Positions 10,662 to 21,580 are shown, counted from the first letter of the stretch. The stretch: DNA of 64,000 nt from an uncultured Alphaproteobacteria bacterium (GCA_963766355.1 CAVXZV010000006.1:7096-71095), one strand, 5' to 3'. Made by a program: numbers and translations. The notes: generated by a model not told the origin, from the letters alone.

Positions 10662-11516
10662 TCACCCGCCCGATTTCGGCGTCACGCCGTCGATCTTGAG
10701 CCCGGTGGCAAGCACGGCAATCTCGCCATATTGCGATTCCGCCCAGACGCGCAGCGGCACGACAAATTTGCGCCCCGCAATCGCGCTGGGGAAAATTGCC
10801 ACTCTGGCGAAGATATCGGGGAAATTTGCGTCTTTCAGAACGCGCGGCTTGTAGCCGGAGAGTTGCGTATATTTGATCGCGCACAAAAGTCCGGGGCCTT
10901 GGTAAAGGCCGTTGTCCATCTTGATGGTAATGTCTTTGACCTTCGTCAGCTGGATATTGTAGCGGCGGCGGCCGTCATAGACGGGTGCCAATACGTTGCA
11001 CGGACTGTTTGCGTCGGCGCCGACGCCAGACGCGATATAGATCACCGCACTCAGCGGATCGAAGGTCGATTTCTTCTCTTCCGGTTTTACCTCGTATCCG
11101 GTCAGCGGATAGGTCGGATTGGCGTAGAGCCGCACCGGCGTGCCGTTTTCAAAAGTCAGCGACACTTCTTGCTTTTTGTCGGCGTGCCCGGTGTAAAAGG
11201 AATCGTACAGCGTCGGTTGCAGCACGTGATCCGACCAAGTGCCGTTGGATGTCGCCTGAATTTCGGATTGCCAGAAAACGTTGACCACGCCGCTGGTCAC
11301 CAAATTCGAAACCACGTGATATTTACCGTCGATGAACTTCGCATCCATATCGACTTTGCCCAGCGTGATGCCGCCGGCATAAATCGTCATCGCCAAGTTG
11401 AGCGACGAGGAGGGGCCACCGGCTTGTTCGGCGCCCGCGCCGCCGGCGGCGAGTGCGGCATTGTTAACAGGCGCGGCGAACAGGCAGAAGCCAAGGACGA
11501 GGGAACGGAATTTCAT
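10662..11516 (-). CDS. DUF3108 family secreted protein
   Basis: Signal peptide; DPLSAV and VYDGRRRYNI motifs. Confidence 0.7.
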   Translation of the reverse strand: MKFRSLVLGFCLFAAPVNNAALAAGGAGAEQAGGPSSSLNLAMTIYAGGITLGKVDMDAKFIDGKYHVVSNLVTSGVVNVFWQSEIQATSNGTWSDHVLQPTLYDSFYTGHADKKQEVSLTFENGTPVRLYANPTYPLTGYEVKPEEKKSTFDPLSAVIYIASGVGADANSPCNVLAPVYDGRRRYNIQLTKVKDITIKMDNGLYQGPGLLCAIKYTQLSGYKPRVLKDANFPDIFARVAIFPSAIAGRKFVVPLRVWAESQYGEIAVLATGLKIDGVTPKSGG

Positions 11517-11918
11517 CGTGAGATCTCGTTTGGTTGAAGCACGCTAGAGCTAGCATGCTGCGCTGCGTGGTCCAATTATGCTGTCGAACGCCGCGAGCGG
11601 CGACGTTATGCCGGTGGGAAAGTTAATTCGCGCGAGAAAGGCAGTGTCAAGTTGGCGTTTGACAGGGGGCGTGGCCGATTTTCATTGCGCTTCAAGAATG
11701 ATTACAAGCCGGAAACATTCTTAAATCTACGAAGGGCTAGCGCGACAGCCTCGCAAACAGGAGACAGCATGGCGCACGCTCTCAGCCGGGCATGGCGGAC
11801 CCGATGGGAAAGAAGGTCACGCCGGGGGCGTCACGCTATTGACGCACTCTATGCTTGACCCGCCGGGCCGCCCCCCTTATGTAGCCGCCTCTGCCCAAAG
11901 TATCTCAAGAGAACGCCC

Positions 11919-12209
11919 ATGGCTCGCCGCTGCGAATTGACCGGAAAAGGCCTGTTGGTTGGTAATAATGTCAGCCACGCCAACAACAAAACCAAGCGGA
12001 TCTACCGCCCCAACCTGCAGGTGATTTCGCTCGCCAGCGAAGCCCTTGGCCACTCTTACAAGCTGAAAATCAGCATGAACGCCTTGCGGACGGTAGACCG
12101 CACCGGCGGGTTGGACGCCTTCCTGCTCAAGGCCAAGGACGGTGTCTTGTCGCCGAAGGCCCTGCGGCTGAAGCGCCAGATCGCGAAAAAGGTTGCGGTT
12201 GCAGCCTAG
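11919..12209 (+). CDS. rpmB: 50S ribosomal protein L28
   Basis: [10 protein letters not shown]...[13 protein letters not shown]...PNLQ. Confidence 0.97.
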   Translation: MARRCELTGKGLLVGNNVSHANNKTKRIYRPNLQVISLASEALGHSYKLKISMNALRTVDRTGGLDAFLLKAKDGVLSPKALRLKRQIAKKVAVAA

Positions 12210-12399
12210 CGGATAGCGTTACCGCGCTATTTACCAAGTCTCGTCAGCCTTTCAGGCATGGCGCCTGCATCTATATTCCCGTAATGTATCAAAACGCGCC
12301 AGGTCGTCGTCGTGCGACGGGCGCATATGGGGTGGTGTGGTGCGGGCGTTCCAAAATGGCGGAGTAGCCGGTGGCCGGCGTGATCGCGTAGGCCTTCGG

Positions 12400-13119
12400 A
12401 TGTCGGCGGGGTCGGTTGAAGACGGTCCCTATCGGTTGCGCAGTGCGAGCGACGCGGCATGGAGCGGGGGAACCGCTTATGGCCATCGCGAGACTTTCGG
12501 CCAAAAGCTAGGAGCGGCCGTGACGGCGGTCCTGCGCATGATTCTACCGGTATTGTCGCTTTTGGCGGCTTTCGTGGGCCTTTACCTCTACCGCGACACG
12601 CCCGTGCCTCTGTTCCTCGATGGCACAGGCGCGCCCTGGTTGACGGGTGGTCACCTTCTGGTCGGCGTCGGCTTTTTCTGCATCCATCTCACCAACCGGC
12701 GCTACGGACCGGCTTATGCTTTTGCGCAGGTCGTGATCGCTTCGGCGTCAGTGGTTGGCTTTGTCATCTTCGCCTCGCGCGACCTGCAGGGCTTTGTACC
12801 GCAGGACACAGTGCCCGCGCTGCGCGAAGCGCTGAGTTTCGGAGCCGCGTTCTTCCTCGCAAGCTTGGTTTCCATCGTCATCTTCGATGGTACGCGCGGA
12901 GCGAGCTGGTGGACGGCGCCGTTCTTCGGCTTTCTTAGCGGCGCGATCTTCTTCGCCGGGATTTTCTACCCTGCGGCTCACGCCGGTATTGAATCGTCCT
13001 GGCTCAATCACGCCTTGGTTTATGCCGGCGTGCTGGCGGGCGAGGGCATCTTGCTTTTGATCCCTTATTGGATGCTGCGCCGCGCGGTGCAGCCGCTGTC
13101 GGGCTTCGGCGGGTACTGA
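12400..13119 (+). CDS. VUT/YhhQ-like membrane transporter (start uncertain; ORF open from 12337)
   Basis: Multi-TM protein with LTNRRYGPAYA; rpmB-adjacent position as in other alphaproteobacteria. Confidence 0.6.
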   Translation: MSAGSVEDGPYRLRSASDAAWSGGTAYGHRETFGQKLGAAVTAVLRMILPVLSLLAAFVGLYLYRDTPVPLFLDGTGAPWLTGGHLLVGVGFFCIHLTNRRYGPAYAFAQVVIASASVVGFVIFASRDLQGFVPQDTVPALREALSFGAAFFLASLVSIVIFDGTRGASWWTAPFFGFLSGAIFFAGIFYPAAHAGIESSWLNHALVYAGVLAGEGILLLIPYWMLRRAVQPLSGFGGY

Positions 13120-13123
13120 TTCA

Positions 13124-15023
13124 TTAGCGACGACCCGCGCGTCGGCGGCCGCGGCGTGTCCCACGTCCGCGGTCTTCGCGCTTCTCCGCGAACAGGCCGA
13201 TCAATTGATCGGTCATCGCGCCGCCCAGCTGTTCGGCATCCACAATAGTGACCGCTTTGCTGTAATGGCGCGTCACGTCGTGCCCGATGCCGATCGCGCT
13301 CAGCTCGACATTCGATTTTTGCTCGATATCTTCGATCACCTTGCGGAAATGGCGTTCGAGATAATTCCCGGTGTTTACCGACAGGGTCGAATCGTCGACC
13401 GGTGCGCCATCGGAGATCACCATCAATATCTTGCGCTGTTCGGGGCGGCCGGCGAGGCGGTTATGCGCCCACATCAGCGCTTCGCCGTCGATGTTTTCCT
13501 TGAGCAGTCCTTCGCGCATCATCAGGCCGAGATTTTTGCGCGCGCGCCGCCACGGTTCGTCGGCGTTCTTGTAAACCACATGGCGCAAATCGTTGAGCCG
13601 TCCGGGATGAGGCGGCTTGCCGTCGGCGATCCATTTCTCGCGGCTCTGACCGCCTTTCCAGGCGCGCGTGGTGAAACCGAGGATTTCCACCTTGACGCCG
13701 CAACGCTCAAGCGTGCGCGCCAGAATGTCGGCACACATGGCCGCCACCATGATCGGCCTGCCGCGCATCGATCCGGAATTGTCGAGCAGCAGCGTCACCA
13801 CCGTGTCGCGGAAGATCATATCCTTCTCTTGCTTGAACGACAGGGGATACATCGGATCGATGACGATGCGCGTCAGCCGCGCGGAGTCGAGCAATCCCTC
13901 TTCCAGATCGAAATCCCAAGAGCGGTTCTGTTGCGCTTGCAGCAAGCGCTGCAACTTGTTCGCCAGGCGCGCCACGACGCTCTGCATCGCCTGCAATTGT
14001 TGGTCGAGGAAATTGCGCAAGCGCGAGAGCTCTTCGGGATCGCATAGCTCGCCGGCCTCGATAATCTCGTCGAATTGCGCGGTGTAGATTTTGTAGCCCC
14101 ATTCGTCCTGGTTGGAGAACGGCAGGTCCGGCCGCCAGGGTTTGACGCCGTCGTCGCTGTCCTGGCTGTCCGACATTTCGTCGTTGTCGTCCGCGCCCAT
14201 CTGGGCCGCGTCTTGTTCGCCTTCTTCGCCCTCGGCTTGTTGCAGATCGGCGTCTTCGGACGAAGCTTCGCCGCGGGCGTCTTGTTCTTCGCCGCCTTCC
14301 TGGCCCTCCGGCTTTTCGTCGCTTTGCTCGCCATTGTCATCGGATTCGAGAATCGCTATCGCTTTCTTCGCCAAAATCGAGGTCTTTCAGCACCGTGCGC
14401 GTCAGCTTGGCGAAGGCCTTTTGGTCGCGCAGCACAGAAGACAGCTTGTCGAGATCTTTTCCGGCGCGCTTTTCGACAAAGCTGCGCCATAGATCGACCG
14501 CCGCGCGCACACAATCCGGCGGACGTTCGCCCGTCAGCTTTTCGCGCACCATAAGACCGAGCGCATCGGCGAGCGGCACATCCGCTTTGTCGCGCGCCTT
14601 GGCCATGCCGCGCGCGGCATATCTGGATTCCAGGCTGGCGGCGAGATTCTGGGACATGCCCTTCATCGCCAAAGCTCCGATGGCCTCCACGCGTGCTTGT
14701 TCGGCGGCTTCGAACAACGTGGCGGCTTCGGGCGAAGCAGGGCGAAGTTGGCGATGAACCTTATCGTCGTGATACGCCAGCTTTAGTGCCTGTGCGTCTC
14801 CGGATCCTCGAATGACGGCCAATTCGTTGGCAGAAACGGAACGAGAGGGAGCCGGCAATTGCGCTCTTCTTGGGCCGCTAACAAAGAACTGGGTAACCGC
14901 CGCCCACCAACTGCGCGGTTCGGTGACAAACGTGACCTCGAGTTCGGGCTCGCCCGCAATGGCGCGCAGCGCTCCGCTCACCGCGCGCTTCATGTTTTCG
15001 TTGGAGGAGTTGTCGGGGTTCAT
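13124..15023 (-). pseudogene. cobT: Cobaltochelatase CobT with one frameshift near 14350
   Basis: N-terminal ORF 14337-15023 and C-terminal VWA ORF ([22 protein letters not shown]) join by removing one base in an acidic linker. May be a sequencing error. Confidence 0.85.
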
Positions 15024-15031
15024 TTTGTTTT

Positions 15032-15158
15032 ACCTCCCCTTTGTGGGGAGGTCGACACACGCAGCGAAGCGCAGTGTGTCGGGTGGGGGGCGTTCCCATC
15101 CGAAAATTTGCCCCCCACCCGGAGCGCTGTGCGCTCCGGCCTCCCCACAAGGGGGAGG
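15032..15158. repeat. REP-like inverted hairpin doublet between cobS and cobT
   Basis: ACCTCCCC-tttgt-GGGGAGGT, internal stem, GGGTGGGGGG ... CCCCCCACCC, stem, CCTCCCC-acaag-GGGGAGG. Confidence 0.8.
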
Positions 15159-15178
15159 CAATGGAAGGGCAATCGACA

Positions 15179-16171
15179 TCACGCCACCAGCACCTTCGCT
15201 GCGCTTTCCGGCAATTCTTCGCCAAAAGCGCGCTGATAGAACTCCGCCACCGTGGCGCGTTCCAGCTCGTCGCATTTGTTGAGGAAGGTAAGCCGGAAGG
15301 CGAAACCGACATCGCCGAAAATATCGGCGTTCTCCGCCCAGGTGATCACGGTGCGCGGGCTCATCACCGTGGACAGATCGCCGTTGATGAAAGCATTGCG
15401 CGTCATATCCGCGACGCGAACCATGGCCGAAACTTCTTTCTTTTTCTCGGGCGAAGCATAGGTCGGTACTTTCGCCACCACGATCTCCACTTCGCTGTCG
15501 TGCGAGAGATAGTTCAGCGTCGCCACGATGCTCCAGCGGTCCATCTGGCCCTGGTTGATTTGCTGGGTGCCGTGATAGAGGCCCGTCGTGTCGCCGAGCC
15601 CGATCGTGTTGGTCGTGGAAAACAGACGAAAGGCGGGATGGGGACGTATCACGCGGTTCTGGTCGAGCAGGGTCAGCTTGCCTTGCACTTCGAGCACGCG
15701 CTAAATCACGAACATCACATCCGGCCGGCCCGCGTCGTATTCGTCGAACACCAGCGCCACGGGATGTTGCAACGCCCACGGCAATAGTCCTTCGCGGAAC
15801 TCCGTAATCTGCTGGCCGTCTTTCAGCACGATGGCGTCTTTGCCGACCAGGTCGATGCGGCTGATATGGCTGTCCAGATTGATACGCACGCAAGGCCAGT
15901 TCAGACGCGCGGCCACCTGTTCGATATGCGTCGATTTTCCGGTGCCGTGATAGCCCTGGATCATGACGCGGCGGTTGTGCGAGAAGCCCGCCAAAATCGC
16001 CAACGTCGTGTCGCGGTCGAAACGGTAGGCCTTGTCGAGATCCGGTACATATTCATTCGACTTGGAGAAGGCCGCGGCCTTCATCTTGGAGTCGATTCCG
16101 AATGTGGACTTCACGTCGATTTGCGTATCGGGCTTCAACGATGCATCGAGGCCCTGTGGATCAGTGGTCAT
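15179..16171 (-). pseudogene. cobS: Cobaltochelatase CobS (AAA+) with in-frame TAG at 15701-15703
   Basis: GYHGTGKST Walker A and FDEYDAGRPDVMFVI*RVLEV; the frame continues after the stop, at a position that is normally Gln. Confidence 0.88.
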
Positions 16172-16232
16172 TGAATTATGGTCCGGCTAAAATTTGCGGC
16201 CGCCGCGACAGAGGAGGGCGCTTGGAGCCCTC

Positions 16233-16832
16233 TTAGGTCATCCCTGAGGCGCGTAACACGCCGTAGGCTTTGATAACCTGCTTAAGACGCTCTTCTGCGC
16301 CCCGATCGCCGCCGTTCGCGTCGGGGTGAAACCGCTTCACGAGTTCCTTATACCGCGCCTTGATTTCGATCAAGCTGGCCGAGCTTTCGAGATTTAATAT
16401 ATCGAAAGCTTGACGCTGGAGCGGCGTCAGAAAACGCACCGGACGGTGCGGTGCCGGTGTGTCTTCCGGCTCTGCAAATACCGCATAGCCGTCCTCGACA
16501 TGATAGTTACCGGCCGTGCGCGGACCGCCCGCGGCGCGCTTTCCCAGCGGCCAAGTCGGGCGGTGACCGATGATTGCCTCGTTGCGGAAGCGCTCGATCT
16601 CGCGCTCGCTCATGCCGGCGAAATAGTCCCATTTTTCGTTGTGTTCGCGGGCATGGGCCAAGCAAAGCCACATATGCGTCGAGAGGTTGTCGCGGCTTTT
16701 GGGAACTTTGAAGGCGCCTTCGCCCTGGCAACCGGCAATGGCGCACTCGCGCGGCTTGGCTACGGGCTTGGTTCGAGCCGTGTCTGGTTTGATCCGAATG
16801 TCGTGCCCGAAGCGCGGGCTGTATTTCGCCAT
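16233..16832 (-). CDS. DnaJ-domain protein (C-terminal J domain)
   Basis: CLAHAREHNEKWDYF; LVKRFHPDANGGD. Confidence 0.85.
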   Translation of the reverse strand: MAKYSPRFGHDIRIKPDTARTKPVAKPRECAIAGCQGEGAFKVPKSRDNLSTHMWLCLAHAREHNEKWDYFAGMSEREIERFRNEAIIGHRPTWPLGKRAAGGPRTAGNYHVEDGYAVFAEPEDTPAPHRPVRFLTPLQRQAFDILNLESSASLIEIKARYKELVKRFHPDANGGDRGAEERLKQVIKAYGVLRASGMT

Positions 16833-16914
16833 GAGTGGATTATGGGAATGATCTATGAAAAAACAAGAAAACGAAAAGCTTGACAGACGGGCACTCGGGC
16901 GCGACGGCTTTGTC

Positions 16915-17223
16915 ATGACAATGACCGACACTATTCGTGACAAACTGAGCGCCGCGTTTTCGCCCACCCTGCTGGAGGTACAAGACGATAGTGCGCGCCA
17001 TGAAGGCCATTCCGGCAACCGCCATGGCGGCGAAACCCACTTTAGCGTGCGGATCGTCTCGCCGCTCTTCGTAGGACTTTCGCGGGTCGAGCGCCAGCGC
17101 CGCGTTTATGCCGCATTGGCGGACGAATTGAAGGTCCAAATCCACGCATTGGCACTAACGACCTTGGCCCCGGGGGAGTGTCGCTTGCGATCATATGTCC
17201 GGCCTTTTTTTGTGCGGTGTTGA
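16915..17223 (+). CDS. bolA: BolA family protein
   Basis: DDSARHEGHSG...GETHFSVRIVS...RVERQRRVYAAL...IHAL. Confidence 0.88.
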   Translation: MTMTDTIRDKLSAAFSPTLLEVQDDSARHEGHSGNRHGGETHFSVRIVSPLFVGLSRVERQRRVYAALADELKVQIHALALTTLAPGECRLRSYVRPFFVRC

Positions 17224-17539
17224 CCTTGTTCCCGGGCAGCGGCTGCTTGCGCCAACAGCGCGGACCAAGCGTGGCAAGCGGCCTCTGGCGTTGAGTTGCT
17301 GGAGGCAACGTAAGCGCCCACACCGATCCGCTTCGCCGAGTCTTCGCCGGCACGGGTGATCGCTCGACCCGCCAGAGCTTTAGCGGCGGCGAGTGCGTTC
17401 GCGTCCATACGCTGTCGCTAGGGACCTCACGCCATCGACCTCCCCGGGTTGGCGAGGTGAAAAACGCAATCGTGAATTATCCCTCCTCGCGCCGGGACGA
17501 AAGAGGTTATCGAGAGACATTTCCGCGTCGCGGACAGAA

Positions 17540-17610
17540 TACATTCCCGGTCTTCACCTGGACTCCCCTTTCCTCGTGCTCGCTGCGCTCGCACTCGGCC
17601 GGGGATGACA
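17540..17610. repeat. Second REP-like palindrome family (CATTCCCGG...CCGGGGATG type)
   Basis: Imperfect inverted repeats with an inner stem just downstream of the HlyC/CorC gene. Confidence 0.45.
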
Positions 17611-17617
17611 ATCCGAA

Positions 17618-18919
17618 TTAACTGGATTGCATCTTCACTTTCTCCGCAACGCTCTGCGGCGGCACAACGCGCAACACGGTGATCTGATTGCGCTGGCGGC
17701 GCAGTATTTCGAATTTGTAACCATAGAACGCAAAACGCTGTCCGGCATCGGGAATGGCGCGCGCTTCATGGATGACCAGCCCGGCAAGCGTTGTCGCTTC
17801 ATCGTCCGGCAAATTCCAATCGAGTTCTCGGTTGAGATCGCGGATCGGCGTCGCGCCTTCGATGATCAACGATCCGTCGGGCTGCGGACGGATTCCGCTC
17901 TTCGCCTTGGGCGCGTGCTCGTCGGGAATGCGGCCGAAAATCTCGTCGACGATATCTTCTCGCGTCACCAATCCCAGGATGACGCCGTATTCGTCGACGA
18001 CAAAGGCAAAGTGCGAGTGCCGTTCGCGGAACGCCGCGAGCAATTCCTCCAATGCCATGGTTTCGGGAACGAACCAGGGCGGGGTGACCAACGCTGGGAT
18101 GTCGATTTCTTCGACAGCACCACGACTTTTCAGAACGGCGCGCACGATGTGGCGCGTATACAGCACACCGACGATATTCTCGGGCTCGTCGCGCCATACC
18201 GGAACGCGGGCGTGATGCGTGGCCATTACCGCTTCGATGATGTGTTCGGGAGGCTGATCGATGGCGACCGTCATCATGTTCTTGCGATGGATCATGACCT
18301 GGCCGACGGTCAATTCGGTGAGGTCGAGCACGCCGCTGATCATGTCGCGGTGTTCGCGTTCCACGGAGCCTTCTTCATGGTGCAGATCGACGGTGCCGCG
18401 GATTTCGTCATGCGCCTCGTCGGGTGGCGGGGCGTCCTCCTCGCGGACGCCGAACAGCCATAAAATGCGCCAGACGAAAAACTGCACCGAGCCTACAATG
18501 GGCCCCAAAATAGCCTCGACGCTCCTCACGGCTCCCGCTACCGCCAGGGCGAAACGATCCGTGCGCGCAATGGCAAGCGTCTTGGGGAGCACTTCGGCGA
18601 AAACCAGGATCAGCAGCGTCATCAATATCGTCACAACGGCGACCGCGCGGTGTCCCAGCCGGTCCGCCAAGACGGAGGTGGCGAGCGAAGACGCCAGGAT
18701 GTTGACGAAGGTGTTGCCGAGCAGCAGGGCACCGATCAATCGCTGACGATTGGCCATCAGCCGGTTGACGTTCGCGGCGGCGCGCGAACCGTCTTTTTCC
18801 AGCTGATGCATCTTGCCGCGCGAAACCGCGGTTAGCGCCGTTTCGGAACCGGCGAAAAACGCTCCCGCGATCATCAAAATGACGATCCCGCCGAGCGTAA
18901 AGAGCAATGTCGTATCCAT
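17618..18919 (-). CDS. HlyC/CorC (CNNM-CBS) family transporter
   Basis: FFAGSETALT, FAEVLPKT, CBS pair, VVDEYG, CorC C-terminal domain. Confidence 0.92.
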   Translation of the reverse strand: MDTTLLFTLGGIVILMIAGAFFAGSETALTAVSRGKMHQLEKDGSRAAANVNRLMANRQRLIGALLLGNTFVNILASSLATSVLADRLGHRAVAVVTILMTLLILVFAEVLPKTLAIARTDRFALAVAGAVRSVEAILGPIVGSVQFFVWRILWLFGVREEDAPPPDEAHDEIRGTVDLHHEEGSVEREHRDMISGVLDLTELTVGQVMIHRKNMMTVAIDQPPEHIIEAVMATHHARVPVWRDEPENIVGVLYTRHIVRAVLKSRGAVEEIDIPALVTPPWFVPETMALEELLAAFRERHSHFAFVVDEYGVILGLVTREDIVDEIFGRIPDEHAPKAKSGIRPQPDGSLIIEGATPIRDLNRELDWNLPDDEATTLAGLVIHEARAIPDAGQRFAFYGYKFEILRRQRNQITVLRVVPPQSVAEKVKMQSS

Positions 18920-19038
18920 GGCAGTCCTCGAAGCAGTGGCGGAGTATAGCGCAACGGCCGGCTCAAACGGCGATTTTGCCGCGCCGCGATATCCCGGGAG
19001 CCGGTTATAATCGGGCTAGGTGGTATTTGGGGGGCGTC

Positions 19039-19713
19039 ATGAAATATCTCTTCGCTTTGCTATTGCTGCTATCGGCTCCGGCATTCGCGCAATCGCCACC
19101 CGCCACAACCTTCGGATCGGATTGCCCCTATCCGGACGCCGCGGCGAAAGTTGGTCAAGGTGGCTACACACTTCTGAAGTTCGACGTGGCCCCAGACGGC
19201 AGCCTACGCAACGTGGTCGTGACGCACAGCAGCGGATATCCCGAACTGGATCAAGCTGCGCTTCGCTGCGTCGGCGCCTGGCGCGTCGCTGATTCACCTC
19301 TATGGAAAACTGATTCACCCCTATGGAACAGGTGGATGGAATCGCACATGGTAACAATCCGCTGGAGGACATCAGCTTCCGCAACCAGTCCTTCGGTCGG
19401 GCAGGCTTTCAGTGTCTCTATCGGCAGGCCCCACGTTTGCAGTTCGGAGTACTACCCGGAAATATCGCGCCGTCTTGGGGAAGAGGGCACAACCACCGTG
19501 ACCTTCCGGATCACGACGGAGGGAACAGTGAAGGACCCGCGAATACTGACCTCGAGCGGAAGTGATCGCCTCGATCAAGCAGCGCTCGCATGCGTCGCGA
19601 CTTGGCGCTACGAGCCCGCCCTCAAAGAAGGAATCCCGATCGAAGTACCGTGGAAAGCTGAAGTGGTATGGAAGGCTCCTGCACCAACTACGCCGCCAGA
19701 AACAAATCCCTAA
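19039..19713 (+). CDS. Secreted protein with two TonB C-terminal domains
   Basis: Signal peptide, then two YP...G...V..SSG...LDQAAL units. Confidence 0.75.
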   Translation: MKYLFALLLLLSAPAFAQSPPATTFGSDCPYPDAAAKVGQGGYTLLKFDVAPDGSLRNVVVTHSSGYPELDQAALRCVGAWRVADSPLWKTDSPLWNRWMESHMVTIRWRTSASATSPSVGQAFSVSIGRPHVCSSEYYPEISRRLGEEGTTTVTFRITTEGTVKDPRILTSSGSDRLDQAALACVATWRYEPALKEGIPIEVPWKAEVVWKAPAPTTPPETNP

Positions 19714-20785
19714 CCGCCTCCATCGGCACATCGTTCGTGACGAATGCCTGGCCGATGCCGCGCAGCAGGATGAAGTTCAGCTTGCCAGCCTTGAACTTCT
19801 TGTCGTGCGCCATGTGATCCAGGAGCACGGCGACATTTGGCCTTGACCCGGAAATATCAGAGATTTCAGTGGGAAGGCCGACGGTCTTCAGATGTCGCGT
19901 GAAGCGCTCCGCATCTTGGCCGTTGCACAGTCCCAGCCGAACGGAAAGCCGGAACGCCAATACCATCCCCACGGCCACGCCTTCGCCGTGCAGCAGCCGC
20001 GCCGAGAACCCGGTTGCCGCTTCCAGTGCGTGGCCGAAAGTGTGCCCAAGATTGAGCAGCGCGCGTTCGCCCGCCTCGCGCTCGTCGCGCGCCACGATGC
20101 CGGCTTTCATGCGGCAGGCATGCGCCACGGCATGCACCGTCGCCGCCGCGTCGCCCGCCAGCGCCTTGGCGCCGTTCGCTTCCAGCCATTCGAAGAAAGT
20201 CCTATCGCCGAGCGCACCGTATTTCACCGTCTCGGCATAGCCCGCCAGCAGCTCGCGCCGGGGCAGGGTGGACAGCACGGCCGTGTCCGCCAGCACGATT
20301 TTCGGTTGATGGAACACGCCGACCAGGTTTTTGCCCTCCACGGTGTTGATCGCCGTTTTTCCGCCTACGGACGAATTGACTTGCGCCAATAGCGTGGTGG
20401 GCACTTGTGCGAAATCGATGCCTCGCTTGAGCACGCCCGCGGCGAACCCCGTCAGATCGCCGATCACGCCGCCGCCGAAGGCGACGACAAGTCCGCCACG
20501 ATCGATGCCTTGCGCCAGCAATTCGGAGCACAGCCTTTCCAGGCCGCGAAAGCTTTTCGTGCCTTCACCGGCATCCATGACGATGGGGCGCGCATCGATA
20601 CCGGCGGCGATCAGAGAGGTGACGAAAACCGGAAGGTGCAGCTTGGCGACGTTTGTGTCGGTAACCACGGGAACTGGACCCCGAGCCAGTGGCAACAGCA
20701 ACTTACCCGCATCTGCAACTAAGCCCGGCCCGACATGAATGTCGTAGCTGCGATTGCCAAGCGAAACGGTGATGCATTCGTTCAT
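19688..20785 (-). CDS. aroB: 3-dehydroquinate synthase
   Basis: GGGVIGDLTGFAA, VPTTLLAQVNSSVGGKT, LNLGHTFGHALE. Confidence 0.95.
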   Translation of the reverse strand: MNECITVSLGNRSYDIHVGPGLVADAGKLLLPLARGPVPVVTDTNVAKLHLPVFVTSLIAAGIDARPIVMDAGEGTKSFRGLERLCSELLAQGIDRGGLVVAFGGGVIGDLTGFAAGVLKRGIDFAQVPTTLLAQVNSSVGGKTAINTVEGKNLVGVFHQPKIVLADTAVLSTLPRRELLAGYAETVKYGALGDRTFFEWLEANGAKALAGDAAATVHAVAHACRMKAGIVARDEREAGERALLNLGHTFGHALEAATGFSARLLHGEGVAVGMVLAFRLSVRLGLCNGQDAERFTRHLKTVGLPTEISDISGSRPNVAVLLDHMAHDKKFKAGKLNFILLRGIGQAFVTNDVPMEAVRDLFLAA

Positions 20786-21318
20786 TCGTTCCCCCAAATG
20801 CCCCGTTTCGTCAGCAAATCGACAATACTTTCGACTGCTTCGGCGTGCGGGCCGTGTTCGCTGTCGATGGAAATGTCGGCTTCGGCGTAAATAGGCGAGC
20901 GTTCCGCGAGCAGCCGCTCCAGAATCTCGCGCGGATCGCCGGCATTGAGAAGCGGCCGGTCGTCTTTGCGTTGCACGCGCGACAACAGGACCTCCAAGGG
21001 CGCCCGGATCCACACCGAAACCGCTTTTTCTTTCATATGGGCGCGGGTCTGCGGATCGATAAAGGCCCCACCGCCCGTCGCCAACACATGCGGTGGTTCC
21101 TGCAAAAGACGGCCGATCACCTTGCGTTCGCCGTCGCGGAACGCGGCCTCGCCGTAATGTTCGAATATTTCCGAGATCGAGCAGCCCGCCGCGGCCTCGA
21201 TTTCGGCATCGGCGTCCCGGAACGGCACGTCCAGACGCACGGCCAATCGGCGGCCGACCGAACTTTTGCCCGCCCCCATCATGCCGACCAATGCTATTGT
21301 GCGCGTCAAACGGGTCAT
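20782..21318 (-). CDS. aroK: Shikimate kinase
   Basis: GMMGAGKSSVG P-loop, FRDGE, LATGGGAF, RPLL. Confidence 0.95.
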   Translation of the reverse strand: MTRLTRTIALVGMMGAGKSSVGRRLAVRLDVPFRDADAEIEAAAGCSISEIFEHYGEAAFRDGERKVIGRLLQEPPHVLATGGGAFIDPQTRAHMKEKAVSVWIRAPLEVLLSRVQRKDDRPLLNAGDPREILERLLAERSPIYAEADISIDSEHGPHAEAVESIVDLLTKRGIWGNE

Positions 21319-21409
21319 CGCCCATCGCTTACAACGCCTAGCCAATTGTCGCCAGCGGGACTTGTATCGGGGTCGCAAAATCCGTGAAAAAGACACACAG
21401 AGGTCTTAA

Positions 21410-21580
21410 ATGCGTAACTTGGCAAGGTCCGAGGGTGTTGGCTGGGGCGGTAGAATCGCGATCGGCGCCGGCGCGCTTCTGATTCTGGCTGCCATCGGAT
21501 TGGCAATTTATGGCGGCACGGTCCATCCGGTGCAGCATGCGGTAGAGCAGGTAATTCCCAATGACCGTTTTTCGCGTTAG
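21410..21580 (+). CDS. Small single-TM protein (56 aa)
   Basis: Manual translation MRNLARSEGVGWGGRIAIGAGALLILAAIGLAIYGGTVHPVQHAVEQVIPNDRFSR; overlaps the next start. Below the ORF-track cutoff. Confidence 0.6.
   Translation: MRNLARSEGVGWGGRIAIGAGALLILAAIGLAIYGGTVHPVQHAVEQVIPNDRFSR

Noticed and set aside
15701-15703. Amber recoding or pyrrolysine
   Set aside because: TAG is the normal stop of rpmB, panE, aroB and ubiG here; only one internal case.
17106-17408. 100-aa ORF opposite bolA
   Set aside because: No recognisable family, and it overlaps bolA antisense.
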